From assembly GCA_012960845.1 (NCBI GenBank), contig DUAN01000191.1, positions 5,699 to 69,698 on the forward strand: 64,000 nucleotides of DNA, read 5' to 3'. This stretch comes from Planctomycetota bacterium. GTDB taxonomy: Bacteria > Planctomycetota > UBA8108 > UBA1146. The position numbers and the translations under genes are program-made. Within the stretch, counting starts at the first letter, position 1, and each line of letters starts with the position of its first letter. The notes below the pieces were generated by a model. The model saw only the letters and a list, made by a program, of their open reading frames with translations, was not told where the DNA came from and did no database searches. Shown one piece after another: positions 26,701 to 35,700 of this stretch.

Positions 26701-28520
26701 CCGACATCTCCGAGGAAGGTGCCGCTACACTGGCTCGCATCGGCCGCTGGCCCACCGGAGGTGGCGTTGTTGCTATCGATACTGTTGAGTCCCACAAATA
26801 CCGGCACCGAACCGGAGCAGTCATCGTTGGCCGGAGGAGGCCCCGGGGGAGCCTGTCCACAGACCAGTTCCGACATCCCCACGGCCGTCATCGCAGCCGC
26901 GACTTGATCAGCATCCGATTGCGTGAAGGTCGCACCGGCCGCGCCGGTGCGGGGATCATTGGGCGCACTTCCGACCAGGTCGGCAGCGGCCTGATTCATC
27001 AGCGTATCCGCCACCGGGAAGGTGGTTCCCGATGTCATGTATACGGTCAAGGCCCGGAAGTACACGGCGATCGCCTTGGTCATGCCAATCGCCGATACGG
27101 TCTGACCGTTGTAGGTCTTTCCATCGACGAGCATGGCGAAGGAGTGATTGAACACTCCACTACCGATGTGGACCCCGCCATTGTCAAATGGACCGCAGGC
27201 GTTCTGATTGTAGAGCGGGTCGGTGGTACTGGGAGGATCGCTGAAGCACTCGGGGAACCACATGTCTCGAATCGCTCCGAGGCTGGTTTGCTCCCCCATC
27301 TTCCAGCGAGTAGATCCATCATTGCAAGATGTTCTGGTGTTGTTGGGTGTATCCATTCCGCCGCCGGTGGTTCCTCCGGGCCATGGAGTGCCGCCGGGGG
27401 TTCCCACTTCCGATGTGTTGCCGTTCCACAGATCGATCGCCTCGCCGAAGATATCGGAATAGGATTCGTTCAACTGACCCGACTGGTTCTGATAGATCAA
27501 ATCTGCCGAGAACTGGGTGAGCCCGTGGGCAAATTCATGGGCGATCACATCATCCGTGGCCAGACCGTTGCACAGTGCAATCTGATTGCCGTTCCAGATG
27601 GCATTGGGGCAAATTCCATCGTTCCAGTGCACCGTGGCAGTCATCGTCGAGCCATTCCCATTGAGGGAATCGCGTCCCAGTCCATCGAACAGCAGGCGAT
27701 AGAAGTCTCCTGCGGTGTCGTATCCCTCATCGATGTCGGTGTCGCCGCTGGGGGCGGATCCTTCCGAGCGGGCCAGGCTCCCTGGCAAGGTGCCGCCTCC
27801 ACCGTCGTAGATCTCCCGGAACATGGCACTGTGGACCGCCGGCCAGCGATCGAGCAGTTCGCCGCTGCTGGCGTCGATCAGCACATGCTCGGCGAGCATC
27901 TCAGCGCCTTCGAGAATCATGTGATGCGCCAGTACTGGCCGAGGAAGGGGAGCATCTCCCCACCAACCGGGATTCACCACGGCCAGTTCAGGTTCCATCG
28001 TCTGCACCAAAAATCGCTGTTCTAAAACCGCTTCAGCGATGACGAGAGCCTCTTCCGCAGAGAGCAGCGGCGTCACCGACAACTTCTTCGGTAAGCGGAA
28101 AAAGTCACCGTTGATGGAGAGCGGAGTTCCATCCGCTTGCAGGTGAACCTTGATCACAGCGGTGAAGACTTCCACTCCCAGATGAATCTGCTGAAAGGTG
28201 TGGTGAATCATCCCGAGAGAGCATCGCTCGGTCTTGATGATCTTCAGCTGTTGCTCGGGATGCTGGATTCCGAAGCGAGCGCCGTGATAGCGTAATACCT
28301 GGTATGGATCTTTCAGGTCCGGGGCGACACCCTCCGGAAACGGCAATGGTTGGCCGTCGACTCCTGAAATCATGTGGATCCTGCTCCCCGGGGTCGAGTT
28401 CTCGACCACTCCCTGGAGCCACGACTGACCCGATCCAGTCGTTGGAATCATGCACTGAATCAGCAGAACGCACACAGCGATCATGGCTCGCATGGATGCA
28501 CCTTTCTCATTGGATTTCAC
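23715..28520 (-). CDS. Giant secreted M4 (thermolysin-like) zinc metalloprotease (1601 aa) with three PPC-like domains, three MopE-like Cys-rich linkers, an FN3-like module, two ~130-aa Ig-like repeats and the dockerin-like C-terminal module
   Basis: Signal peptide. M4 active site VIAHEFAHGLTQ...GQLNESYSDIFGEAID (HExxH plus downstream E). Three copies of CxNG[VI]DDD[GL]DGLxDCEDxDC. C-terminus VRSDVNDDSLINLADAITVLDALFLGG...DTNDDELSNIADGVYLLSYLFSGGPPPPAPFGGSCGPDPAGTALDCAQYNSCN. Confidence 0.85.
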   Translation of the reverse strand: MKSNEKGASMRAMIAVCVLLIQCMIPTTGSGQSWLQGVVENSTPGSRIHMISGVDGQPLPFPEGVAPDLKDPYQVLRYHGARFGIQHPEQQLKIIKTERCSLGMIHHTFQQIHLGVEVFTAVIKVHLQADGTPLSINGDFFRLPKKLSVTPLLSAEEALVIAEAVLEQRFLVQTMEPELAVVNPGWWGDAPLPRPVLAHHMILEGAEMLAEHVLIDASSGELLDRWPAVHSAMFREIYDGGGGTLPGSLARSEGSAPSGDTDIDEGYDTAGDFYRLLFDGLGRDSLNGNGSTMTATVHWNDGICPNAIWNGNQIALCNGLATDDVIAHEFAHGLTQFSADLIYQNQSGQLNESYSDIFGEAIDLWNGNTSEVGTPGGTPWPGGTTGGGMDTPNNTRTSCNDGSTRWKMGEQTSLGAIRDMWFPECFSDPPSTTDPLYNQNACGPFDNGGVHIGSGVFNHSFAMLVDGKTYNGQTVSAIGMTKAIAVYFRALTVYMTSGTTFPVADTLMNQAAADLVGSAPNDPRTGAAGATFTQSDADQVAAAMTAVGMSELVCGQAPPGPPPANDDCSGSVPVFVGLNSIDSNNATSGGPAADASQCSGTFLGDVGNDIWYSFVPPEDGLLSVSTCDIATWDTDVLVYSGDCGSLTQIACNGDTGGCSTFTSLIENIPVSGGLSYQIRVASWSDGTTGTGQLDVGFVGGGGGAVENCTNGVDDDGDGLIDCEDLDCAAAPACVPPPPGDECVSAEAAVLGENPFDSTAATTGTDPIPTPALCGDGLGSMIGDIWFTYTPDQSGSLFVSTCQPGSFDSDLVMYTGSCNSLILLACNGDVSQAPSTVCQQYWSELTASVTAGETYWFRVGAWGTPHPGNGDPGPGALLLDLTPSGPVENCSNGVDDDGDGLIDCEDPGCFTDPACVPVAAGDECVSAAVAVFGSNPVDTTTATQSADPFDSNSCPGTFLGEMTSDIWYDFTPDLSGDYTISTCDTINFDSDIVIYQGDCGALTQVGCNGDGPGCGGFSSLVQMPMTSGVLYRIRVGGWNVTANGTGTLEIGSATPPPPPENCSNGIDDDLDGLTDCEDPDCIGDPDCVCSAVISLSCSQGIGSTVNLSWLNGETYSEIAVRRDGLLIQTLSGTATGFSDGSPSLGDHVYGVTGICGGSQQAPEVICSVTVTQTAGFSLVSQNVTAGYSAAGVQFETTITGREFTDHPGYPTNTAGFSFGLAHNPDLFAAIDAAPAGSVAQLDGGAGPQFFDSAIYANGITVGCVYSFTFAETIQMISDTDLASVSYDSLPGVFNTTTGTVISALDFTDSLGVPPVQAVISTDSGIAVGVVPTGAIVTLTPSGFILSAVDQTVGFSESTGVASFDASLTLEEDPGNGGYPNDTQGFSFGVEHDPALLTVNAAAGGPVIDALNGSTGPDFIDVNLFTDGFTMGCVYSFLGTGTIQFATPIDLAIASYDTVPGALAGSSSDVLTTLSISGNLGTPPVQVVVVVNSGALGAVGVAGTITLTPAVGGGFVRSDVNDDSLINLADAITVLDALFLGGVINCMDAADTNDDELSNIADGVYLLSYLFSGGPPPPAPFGGSCGPDPAGTALDCAQYNSCN

Positions 28521-28715
28521 GAATAACAGTCTGGATTGGATTCAGAGCCCAAAAACATCAATTCGGTCCAGCGGGACCAGAACTCAACGCCCATCTCCAC
28601 CTCCTTCGATGGTAGCCACCGCAACTCTCGATGGCAACGAGCGGATCCCCACCCAGATCGGATCCTGGTCCTCCAGTTGTGGAGCATCCGGCAATCGATA
28701 CCGGAATTTCACCAT

Positions 28716-28751
28716 ATCCCGGAGAACCTCAGCATCCCGGAGAACCTCAGC
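28716..28751. repeat. Perfect tandem 18-bp direct repeat x2 (atcccggagaacctcagc) about 200 bp upstream of the M4 protease start
   Basis: Seen directly in the sequence. It is intergenic, between the 28865..30301 gene end and the protease start at 28520. Confidence 0.6.
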
Positions 28752-28779
28752 CGTCGTCGGGTGGTGCCACTGGAGACCG

Positions 28780-28823
28780 ACAAAAATCCAGGGCCGCGAG
28801 TCCCGCTGGACTCGCAGCCCTGG
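28780..28823 (-). terminator. Rho-independent terminator of the 28865..30301 gene
   Basis: On the minus strand, hairpin ccagggctgcgagtc / gactcgcggccctgg (28788-28823, one mismatch) is followed by TTTTT (plus-strand aaaaa at 28782-28786). It lies about 40 nt after the stop. Confidence 0.5.
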
Positions 28824-28864
28824 ATCGATGAAAAAGGGTCCATCTACCCGTCAACCCAATCCCC

Positions 28865-30301
28865 TCAGGAACAGGAGGTGTAATCCTCACACCCGAGCGC
28901 ACCGGGAGTGGGATCGGGAGCGCAACTACCGGTTCCAGGAGGCATCGGGCCGCCGTTGAACAAGGCAGCCAGCATGTGCACGGCATCGGCAATGTTCCCC
29001 TGGTTATCGTCATTGCTATCACAAGCATTGGCACAAACGATGACTCCACCGAGGAAAAGGCCATCGAGCAGGGTGATCGCATCTCCGATATTGAAACTGA
29101 AATCGTCGTTGCAATCTCCACGATTGAATCCACCGATCGCCGTGAGCAATACGCTGCCCGCTTGACCGGTCATGTCGATCGATTGCCCATCGACCACCAT
29201 CACCATCGTGACTCCTGTCGGCCCGAGGCCGCTAGTCGGTGTCAACGTGGTCGAGATGCTAGCTCCCGGAGGCGTGCCGACCAGCGCTCCTGGGACCGTG
29301 TCATACTGGACCAGCACTGCTTCTGTCGGTGTGTCAAAGCCGATGAAGGCCCCCCCTTGAAAATCGTAGATGCAACCGACGGTGATTCCACCGCTGATGA
29401 TCCCGACATTGAAGAACTCCGGACCGGTTCCTCCTTCAAGGCTCGCCAACGATGCGCCATAGTCGACTGCGGTGGCCTCGAGTACGGCTGCGTCATGGGC
29501 CACTCCCAGTGAGAATCCCTGGGTCTCTGCGGCAGTATCTCCCGGCTCCACGTCCTGATCGATCTGCACGGTTCCTGTGAAGGATCCGACCCCTGTGGAG
29601 GAACTGAAGGTTGCTGCCTGATCGACACAGATCACCTCGAAGGCCATCGGAGGAGCGGCCTGAAAGGTGATCGAAAAGGGCATTCCAGTGGTCGGCGCCG
29701 AGGAACCGGCTCCGATCACCACGACAGTGGTGGCGGGCGGAGTTCCGAGGTCGCTGGCACTGCTGATGGTCGTGACCACATTTCCGGTCGATCCCGAGAG
29801 GGCTCCCGGAATCGTCGCGTAATCCACCTCGATCATCGGGAGTGGAGTACCGAAGGTGATGACCTGGCTCTGGTCGACGAATGCGTAGATCACTCCGACT
29901 GTGAAGCCATTGGTGAACACCTCACCCTGGATGAAATCCGGTCCTGTGCCGCCATTGAGCGCGGCCAGTGACCCGACAGGAGTCGGGATATAGGGGTTCG
30001 ATCCCACCACTTCCAGCAAGGTCGAATCGTGACCGTAGGCCATCGAAAACCCCTTGGTCTCTTCGAGTGCACCCGTGACCTGCACGATGCTGAAGGTTGC
30101 GCTGAATGTTGCAGAACCTCCGCCCGCAGGAACCATTTGATCTGGGGAGGAAATTTCAAAGGTCTGACCCCACGCCGCAGAGGCGGTGAAGAGCACAAAC
30201 AGTAAAACAAAAATACCGAAAATTAGGCCACCATGTCGCATCGAAACACCTCTTCCTGACACCTGGATGTCACCTCGGGCCACAAAGAAACCCGGAAGCA
30301 A
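28865..30301 (-). CDS. Secreted protein (478 aa) made of two Ig-like ~130-aa repeats homologous to the C-terminal repeats of the adjacent M4 protease, plus the dockerin-like C-terminal module
   Basis: Signal peptide MRHGGLIFGIFVLLFVLFTASAAWGQ. Repeats GFSLGVAHDAAVLEATAVDYGASLASLEGGTGPEFFNVGIISGGITVGCIYDF... are similar to protease GFSFGVEHDPALLTVNAAAGGPVIDALNGSTGPDFIDVNLFTDGFTMGCVYSF.... C-terminus NRGDCNDDFSFNIGDAITLLDGLFLGG...CDSNDDNQGNIADAVHMLAALFNGGPMPPGTGSCAPDPTPGALGCEDYTSCS. Confidence 0.7.
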   Translation of the reverse strand: MLPGFFVARGDIQVSGRGVSMRHGGLIFGIFVLLFVLFTASAAWGQTFEISSPDQMVPAGGGSATFSATFSIVQVTGALEETKGFSMAYGHDSTLLEVVGSNPYIPTPVGSLAALNGGTGPDFIQGEVFTNGFTVGVIYAFVDQSQVITFGTPLPMIEVDYATIPGALSGSTGNVVTTISSASDLGTPPATTVVVIGAGSSAPTTGMPFSITFQAAPPMAFEVICVDQAATFSSSTGVGSFTGTVQIDQDVEPGDTAAETQGFSLGVAHDAAVLEATAVDYGASLASLEGGTGPEFFNVGIISGGITVGCIYDFQGGAFIGFDTPTEAVLVQYDTVPGALVGTPPGASISTTLTPTSGLGPTGVTMVMVVDGQSIDMTGQAGSVLLTAIGGFNRGDCNDDFSFNIGDAITLLDGLFLGGVIVCANACDSNDDNQGNIADAVHMLAALFNGGPMPPGTGSCAPDPTPGALGCEDYTSCS

Positions 30302-30522
30302 AGCTACCGGAGGATACAGGGATGATTGTGGTCATTCCCGAGCGAACCAAAGTATACAAATCGTTAATTACAGCGAACCATGAGTTTACCGGAGGGGATG
30401 AGCGACTCGTAGTAAAAACCCACTACGCCCCAGTCCTCTATATTAGGATACCGCTGCTATTCCAAACCTCAACCATCGGATCAAAGGTGTTGCGTGTCAT
30501 TCCTGCACTAATGCACTCTCCA

Positions 30523-31800
30523 TCACCAATCCTCTCCCTTGCTGATTCGAAACTCTCTCAGACTCTCGCTCTGGATCTTCCAGAAGCCGGCACTGCGTCG
30601 CATCAGTCGGCTCACCAGGCGCCCGTTGAGGTAGACACCAGGCGTGCCCCTGACCCCTAACTTGCGTGCCAGAGAAATATCCTGGCCGATTCTCCTCGTG
30701 ACCTGGGCACTTTGCATATCCTTGAGGAATCGATCGGCATCCATCGCCAGTTCGGTGGCCGCCTTGCTCCAGTTGACGACCCCCAGCGATTGGCGCCGCG
30801 GCAGCAGCCAGTCCCTCAACTGCCAGAACTTGCCCTGTAATCGCGCCGCTTCAAGTGCTCTGGCTCCCGGCATCGCATTCGGATGCTTCGAGGTGTTGGG
30901 GAAGTGTTTCCACACCACCTCCAGGTGGCCGTTCCAGATGGGAAGAATCGTCTGCTTGAGATATTCATCGAAGCGCCCGCAATTGGGACATTCCACATCG
31001 GAAAAGATCACCAGTTGATAGTGATACCCACCCACGTCATCGATGATGGGATCATCGTCGCGAACTTCGATGACGTTCTTTTTCTCGAGCCGGTGCACCG
31101 TGTCCACTTTTTCAACATCGCTGGCGAATACCCTCAGTTCGAGAACTTCCTCTTCCAGTGACTGGAACCGGGCGCGCTCCTGGCCAGCCTCGAAGACCCC
31201 CCACTGGGCCACGCAAGCCAGCAGCAGCGTCGCTGCACTCGCCGCCAGCAACCGATTCGAAGGCGATCCGCCACCACGGGGCTCTTTTTGCCTCGGCCTC
31301 AATAACCACGAGACGATGAAAATTCCGATATTGCAGGCGTGCGTGAGAAGGCACAGGGTACAGACAGTTCCGATGGCAAAGAAGATGAGCGAGGTGTAGA
31401 TGATCGACCCCACAACGCCGAGCGCGTTGAGGTAGAGCACCATCCGAGACAACCACATTCGCCCCGGGTCGGGAATGCCGATCAACAGGTACCAGCTCGC
31501 CAGCAGCGCATAGTAGAGAAAACCCAGCGCTGCCACCGGAAAACCATCGTGGGGTCCATCTGACCCCTTTTCCCCCGGAGGCAACACTCCCCAGCGACTG
31601 TTGACCACCGAGGCGCAGCCATCCTCGGTTGCAGAGCAGACCGCTGCCAGCAGTCCAAGGTCGGCATCTTTCTCGGCATGGAGTAGCAGTAGCGAGCCGC
31701 TGGTCCAGGCTGCGATCAGCGCCAGCACTCCCGCGACCCAGACCAGATGCTTTTTCGACTTCATCAGCAACCTCCGTCGCATCAGTGTGTCGATTTCCAA
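30523..31800 (-). CDS. VKOR (vitamin K epoxide reductase homologue) fused to a DsbA/thioredoxin-like domain; disulfide-bond-forming protein
   Basis: N-terminal VKOR membrane domain with loop cysteines CSATEDGC and active site CTLC (TVCTLCLLTHACN). C-terminal thioredoxin-like domain with CPNC (VIFSDVECPNCGRFDEY). The start may be an internal Met (31782 or 31764). Confidence 0.8.
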   Translation of the reverse strand: MEIDTLMRRRLLMKSKKHLVWVAGVLALIAAWTSGSLLLLHAEKDADLGLLAAVCSATEDGCASVVNSRWGVLPPGEKGSDGPHDGFPVAALGFLYYALLASWYLLIGIPDPGRMWLSRMVLYLNALGVVGSIIYTSLIFFAIGTVCTLCLLTHACNIGIFIVSWLLRPRQKEPRGGGSPSNRLLAASAATLLLACVAQWGVFEAGQERARFQSLEEEVLELRVFASDVEKVDTVHRLEKKNVIEVRDDDPIIDDVGGYHYQLVIFSDVECPNCGRFDEYLKQTILPIWNGHLEVVWKHFPNTSKHPNAMPGARALEAARLQGKFWQLRDWLLPRRQSLGVVNWSKAATELAMDADRFLKDMQSAQVTRRIGQDISLARKLGVRGTPGVYLNGRLVSRLMRRSAGFWKIQSESLREFRISKGEDW

Positions 31801-32742
31801 TCACTTCATCAAGACACACCTCTCGACGGGAACCTGCAAGCAGGTGAAGATCTCGAACGGAAGGGATCTGCCTTGAAGATCGATGCCCACCAGCACTTCT
31901 GGCGCCACGACCCGGCCATCCACACATGGATGGACCACCGGATGCAAATCCTGCAACGCGACTACCTGCCGGATCAGTTGCTACCGCTGCTGCAAGCGCA
32001 GCAGATCGACGGCTGCGTCGCCGTCCAGGCCGATTCATCCTGGCGCGAAAATGACTTCCTGCTCGAACTCGCGGCAGATCACCCCTGGATCCTCGGGGTG
32101 GTCGGTTGGGTCGACCTTCAGTCCGATCAGTTAGAATCCCAGCTCGATCAGCTGTGCCAGCACTCCAAAGCGGTCGGAGTGCGTCACATCGTCCAGGATG
32201 AACCGGACGATCGCTTTCTCGATGGAGTCGCCTTCCGCCGTGGGGTGAAGTCACTGCCAGCGAGAAATTTGACCTTTGATCTGCTCATCTACGAGCGCCA
32301 GCTCCCTGCAGCCATCGATTTCGTGCGGGCCCTACCCGATGTTCCGATGGTGCTCGATCACATCGCCAAGCCGAAAATCGCCGAGGGGCAACTCGATCCC
32401 TGGGCCGAGAACCTGAAGGAACTGGCTCGCTCACCTCACCTGATGTGCAAACTCTCCGGCATCGTGACCGAGGCCAACTGGCTCGAATGGACCCCCAGCG
32501 AAGTGGCTCCCTACATCGAAACCGCCATCGAAGCGTTCGGGCCCGATCGATTGATGCTGGGAAGCGACTGGCCAGTCTGTTGCCTGGCAGCGGATTACTC
32601 GCAAGTCAGAAGTCTCGTGGAACCGTTTCTCCAGCCACTCTCTTGGACCGAAAGAAGTGCCATCGAAGGAGGGAATGCGAGCCGCTTCTACCAGCTCAAA
32701 GGACACCCACAAGCCGATGCCCAACAAGCCGATGAGGGATGA
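31747..32742 (+). CDS. Amidohydrolase-2 family protein (sugar-acid lactonase-like, e.g. L-rhamnono/L-fucono-lactonase type)
   Basis: KIDAHQHFWRHDPAIHTWMDHRMQILQRDYLPDQLLPLL...VQADSSWREN. Typical amidohydrolase-2 IDaHqHfW start. The real start may be TTG at 31873 (LKIDAHQHFW). The ATG at 31747 would overlap the divergent VKOR gene. Confidence 0.7.
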   Translation: MLFRLHQQPPSHQCVDFQSLHQDTPLDGNLQAGEDLERKGSALKIDAHQHFWRHDPAIHTWMDHRMQILQRDYLPDQLLPLLQAQQIDGCVAVQADSSWRENDFLLELAADHPWILGVVGWVDLQSDQLESQLDQLCQHSKAVGVRHIVQDEPDDRFLDGVAFRRGVKSLPARNLTFDLLIYERQLPAAIDFVRALPDVPMVLDHIAKPKIAEGQLDPWAENLKELARSPHLMCKLSGIVTEANWLEWTPSEVAPYIETAIEAFGPDRLMLGSDWPVCCLAADYSQVRSLVEPFLQPLSWTERSAIEGGNASRFYQLKGHPQADAQQADEG

Positions 32743-32748
32743 GCTCGC

Positions 32749-35700
32749 CTAGGGGCACCCCAACACCCCGACACAGTCGAGCAGGTCCGCGGTCGGATCC
32801 TCGCCACAGGTGGGGAAGGGGAGCGGCGGGGTAGCGCCTCCACTGAAGAGGAAGCCGAGCAGGAAGACCGGATCGGAGATATCCCCCGAACCGTCATCGT
32901 TGGCGTCGAGCGCATCGACACATCCACTGCTTCCGCCACCAAACAGGAAGTTCAACATTCCCACGGCATCGGAGATATCGATCGAGCCGTCGCCATTGGA
33001 ATCGCTGCGGACAAACTGCCCGATCGGATCATCGACAAAGATGCCCGCAGCATCGGGACCGCCGAGAGCCGCGATCGCCGCGTCTCCCATCCGCGCATCG
33101 ACGATGGCGAGGTTGGCGCAGCGCACCAGCGACACATCGGAATCGGGCCCGTTGTCACTCAGCATCCAGACCGGTAGGCCGCTTCCTTGCGAGTAGAGCC
33201 AGTCGGGGGCGACCAGTTCATCATCTCCCAGCACCTTGATGCCATTGACAAACAGCGCCGAGGTGTTGTTCTGGTAGTCGACCCGCTGGGCGATGCGAAC
33301 CCACTCACCGAGGTTCCAGGAGCCCGCGCCAACATAACCATTCCCTGCGTTGTAGAAGGCCCCATCGCTACATCGGAGAAACAACTCCGCATCATTATTA
33401 TTGGTCGCATTGCCCTGCCACAGCGCCTGTAACTGGGTCTGGCTGCTATCGAGAAAGACATCGAAGATCAGCGTGAAGTGATAGGCATCACAGCAACCTC
33501 CCCCACCATTGCCGGGGGCGTTGAAGTAGGTCTCGAGACCTCGCCCCGATCCGAACACGTTGTCGAGCCAGAGGTAGTCCACCGGTTGCTGATCGATGTG
33601 GGGTACCTCGCTGCCATCGCTGATTCCGGTTCCCCACTCCACATCGTGAAACATCCCCCGTGGAGTCATCACCGAAGAACCCAGTTGCGCCACCAGCGCC
33701 AGGTCATCGGCGGGAGACCCATCATCGAATCTCCACTCGGTAGTGAACTGGGTCGGATAATTCAGATCGGTGGTGAAACTCCACGTCGGACCCTCGGTCA
33801 CCTGGGAGCCGAGATGGGAATCGATGCGCCAGAAGTAGCTGGTCATTTCATCGAGGAGACCGGGATCGAAAGTGGTCGCGAGTTGATTGCCCTGGAAGTC
33901 GCCGGCACCGAGGGTTGCGGTGCTGCCCAGGTACACGTCGTAGGAATCGGCCGGATCGCAGGGGAACCACTGCAACAGTGGAGTACTGGAGACGTGGAGA
34001 TCGCCATCGGCGGGGATCGGTGCGGATGCGCCGGCAGTGGAATCTCCGACCTGAAAGGTCGTTTCCACCGACCAGTCGCTCCAACCGAGACTGCGATCGC
34101 GATAGCGCACCCGCCAGTACACCGAGGTGCAACCAGGCAGTGCAACATCCAGGCAAGTATGGGTCATGTCCGGATCCACCACGGTGTCGATGCTGATTCC
34201 AGGATCGACTGCCGGGGTGCGGTACCAGTTCTGGAAGCGTCTCCACTGATCGACCACCGGGTTGTTGTAATCTCCCGAGGTGAGAGACACCTGCCATTGA
34301 CTCTCGATGTGGTCATGGCCATCTGGATCGAGGTAAGGACTGGCACTGAGAATCACACCGTCCCCCGGGATCACACCTGAACCGGGACCCGGAGAGAGGG
34401 GGATCGGCGTCTCAGGGGAGGTGTTGTAGCGCTGGATGTAGATGTCATCGATGATCTCGTTATCGCGGAAGATGTAATCATTGCCGCGACTGATCCTCCT
34501 CAAGCGGAATGCTGGATCTGCCCCCGCCTCGACATCCATCAGCACGAATCCCCACTCCGGAACGCTGAACTCGAACTCCTGGTAATCAGCATTGGGATAG
34601 AGGCCCCAGTAGTCGAGCGATCCCATGGCACTGGCCACGTTCACCATGGTGTGTGAATGGTCGCGGCTCTGGCCCCGCGAATATCCATGGGTATGGCCGA
34701 AGAAGTGAATCGATGGCTTGCCGGTCATTGTGCTGAATTGCTCGACCATGCTGACCATCTGGCTGCTGAAAAGGGTTTCGCCCGGGGTCCAGATCTCCGA
34801 CTTGTGAGGGTGGTGAAACTGGGCAAAGACGAAATCGATCCGGTCATCGATGGAAGCATCTTGCAGAACCAGAGCGAGCCAGTCCAGCTGTTCCTGGATG
34901 CGATAGCCAGGATTGGTATCGAGTGTGATGACCCGGACATTGCGATGATCGAGATAATGCCAGTGCTCCTCGTAGCCAGCGCTACCGTTGGTCGGCAATT
35001 GCAGGTAATCGAAGTAATACTGCGCATCCGCCTCATGATTTCCCAGCGCAGGAATCAGCGGCACATGCCGATAGAGCAGTTTCGCCTGACCAAAGAAGTG
35101 ATCCTGCCAGTGCGAATGATTGGATCCGGTCGAGACCAGATCTCCCGGTACCAGTGAGAAGGAGAGACTTCGATCGAGGGGCAACCCGTACTCCTGTGCG
35201 CAGAAGGAAATCACCCCTTCATCGATCACCTCGCGATGCTTGATGCCGTTACTGCCGTACTGGCAATCGGAATAGGCGATGAAACGAAACGGGGTCTCAT
35301 CGGTGAGTGGCGGTGGAGTGCTGAAAAAGTGGGTCGCACTGATGATGCTTCCGCTGATCACCCGGTAGTAATAACGGGTATCGGGAGTGAGACCCGACAG
35401 TTCCACATGGTGAATGAAGGCTCCGCCACCACTGGCGATGCTGGTACCGCTCGACTGCTGACCCAGGGCACTGGTGAGACCATACTCCACCAGACTCTGG
35501 CTACTCACCGCAGTCTCCCAGCCGATCACCATCGAGGAGGGGGTCGGGGACTGCAGGTACGGCTCCACCAGCAGGTTCCCGACCTGAGATTGTGCCGGCG
35601 TCGACAGCGCCAGTAGCAGTAGCAGCGGAAGTGCCAGGGAAGGTTCAAATGAAGGTACAAATGAAAGTGCCTGCGCTGTTCTTCTCATCCTTGCCCTTCC

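Noticed and set aside
26445-28025. 526-aa plus-strand ORF inside the M4 protease gene.
   Set aside because: It is antisense to a strongly supported CDS (thermolysin active site on the opposite strand) and has no recognisable domain. GC-rich antisense artefact. The same reasoning applies to 3197..3979(-), 5567..6295(-), 9753..10622(-), 13587..14903(+), 33478..34380(+), 37847..38647(-), 49068..50165(+), 50478..51227(+), 61830..62603(-) and similar long antisense ORFs in the track.
31112-32254. 380-aa Arg-rich minus-strand ORF.
   Set aside because: It overlaps the VKOR-DsbA gene out of frame and the amidohydrolase gene on the opposite strand. Its composition (R/G/A/P-rich, no domain) is typical of spurious ORFs in GC-rich DNA.
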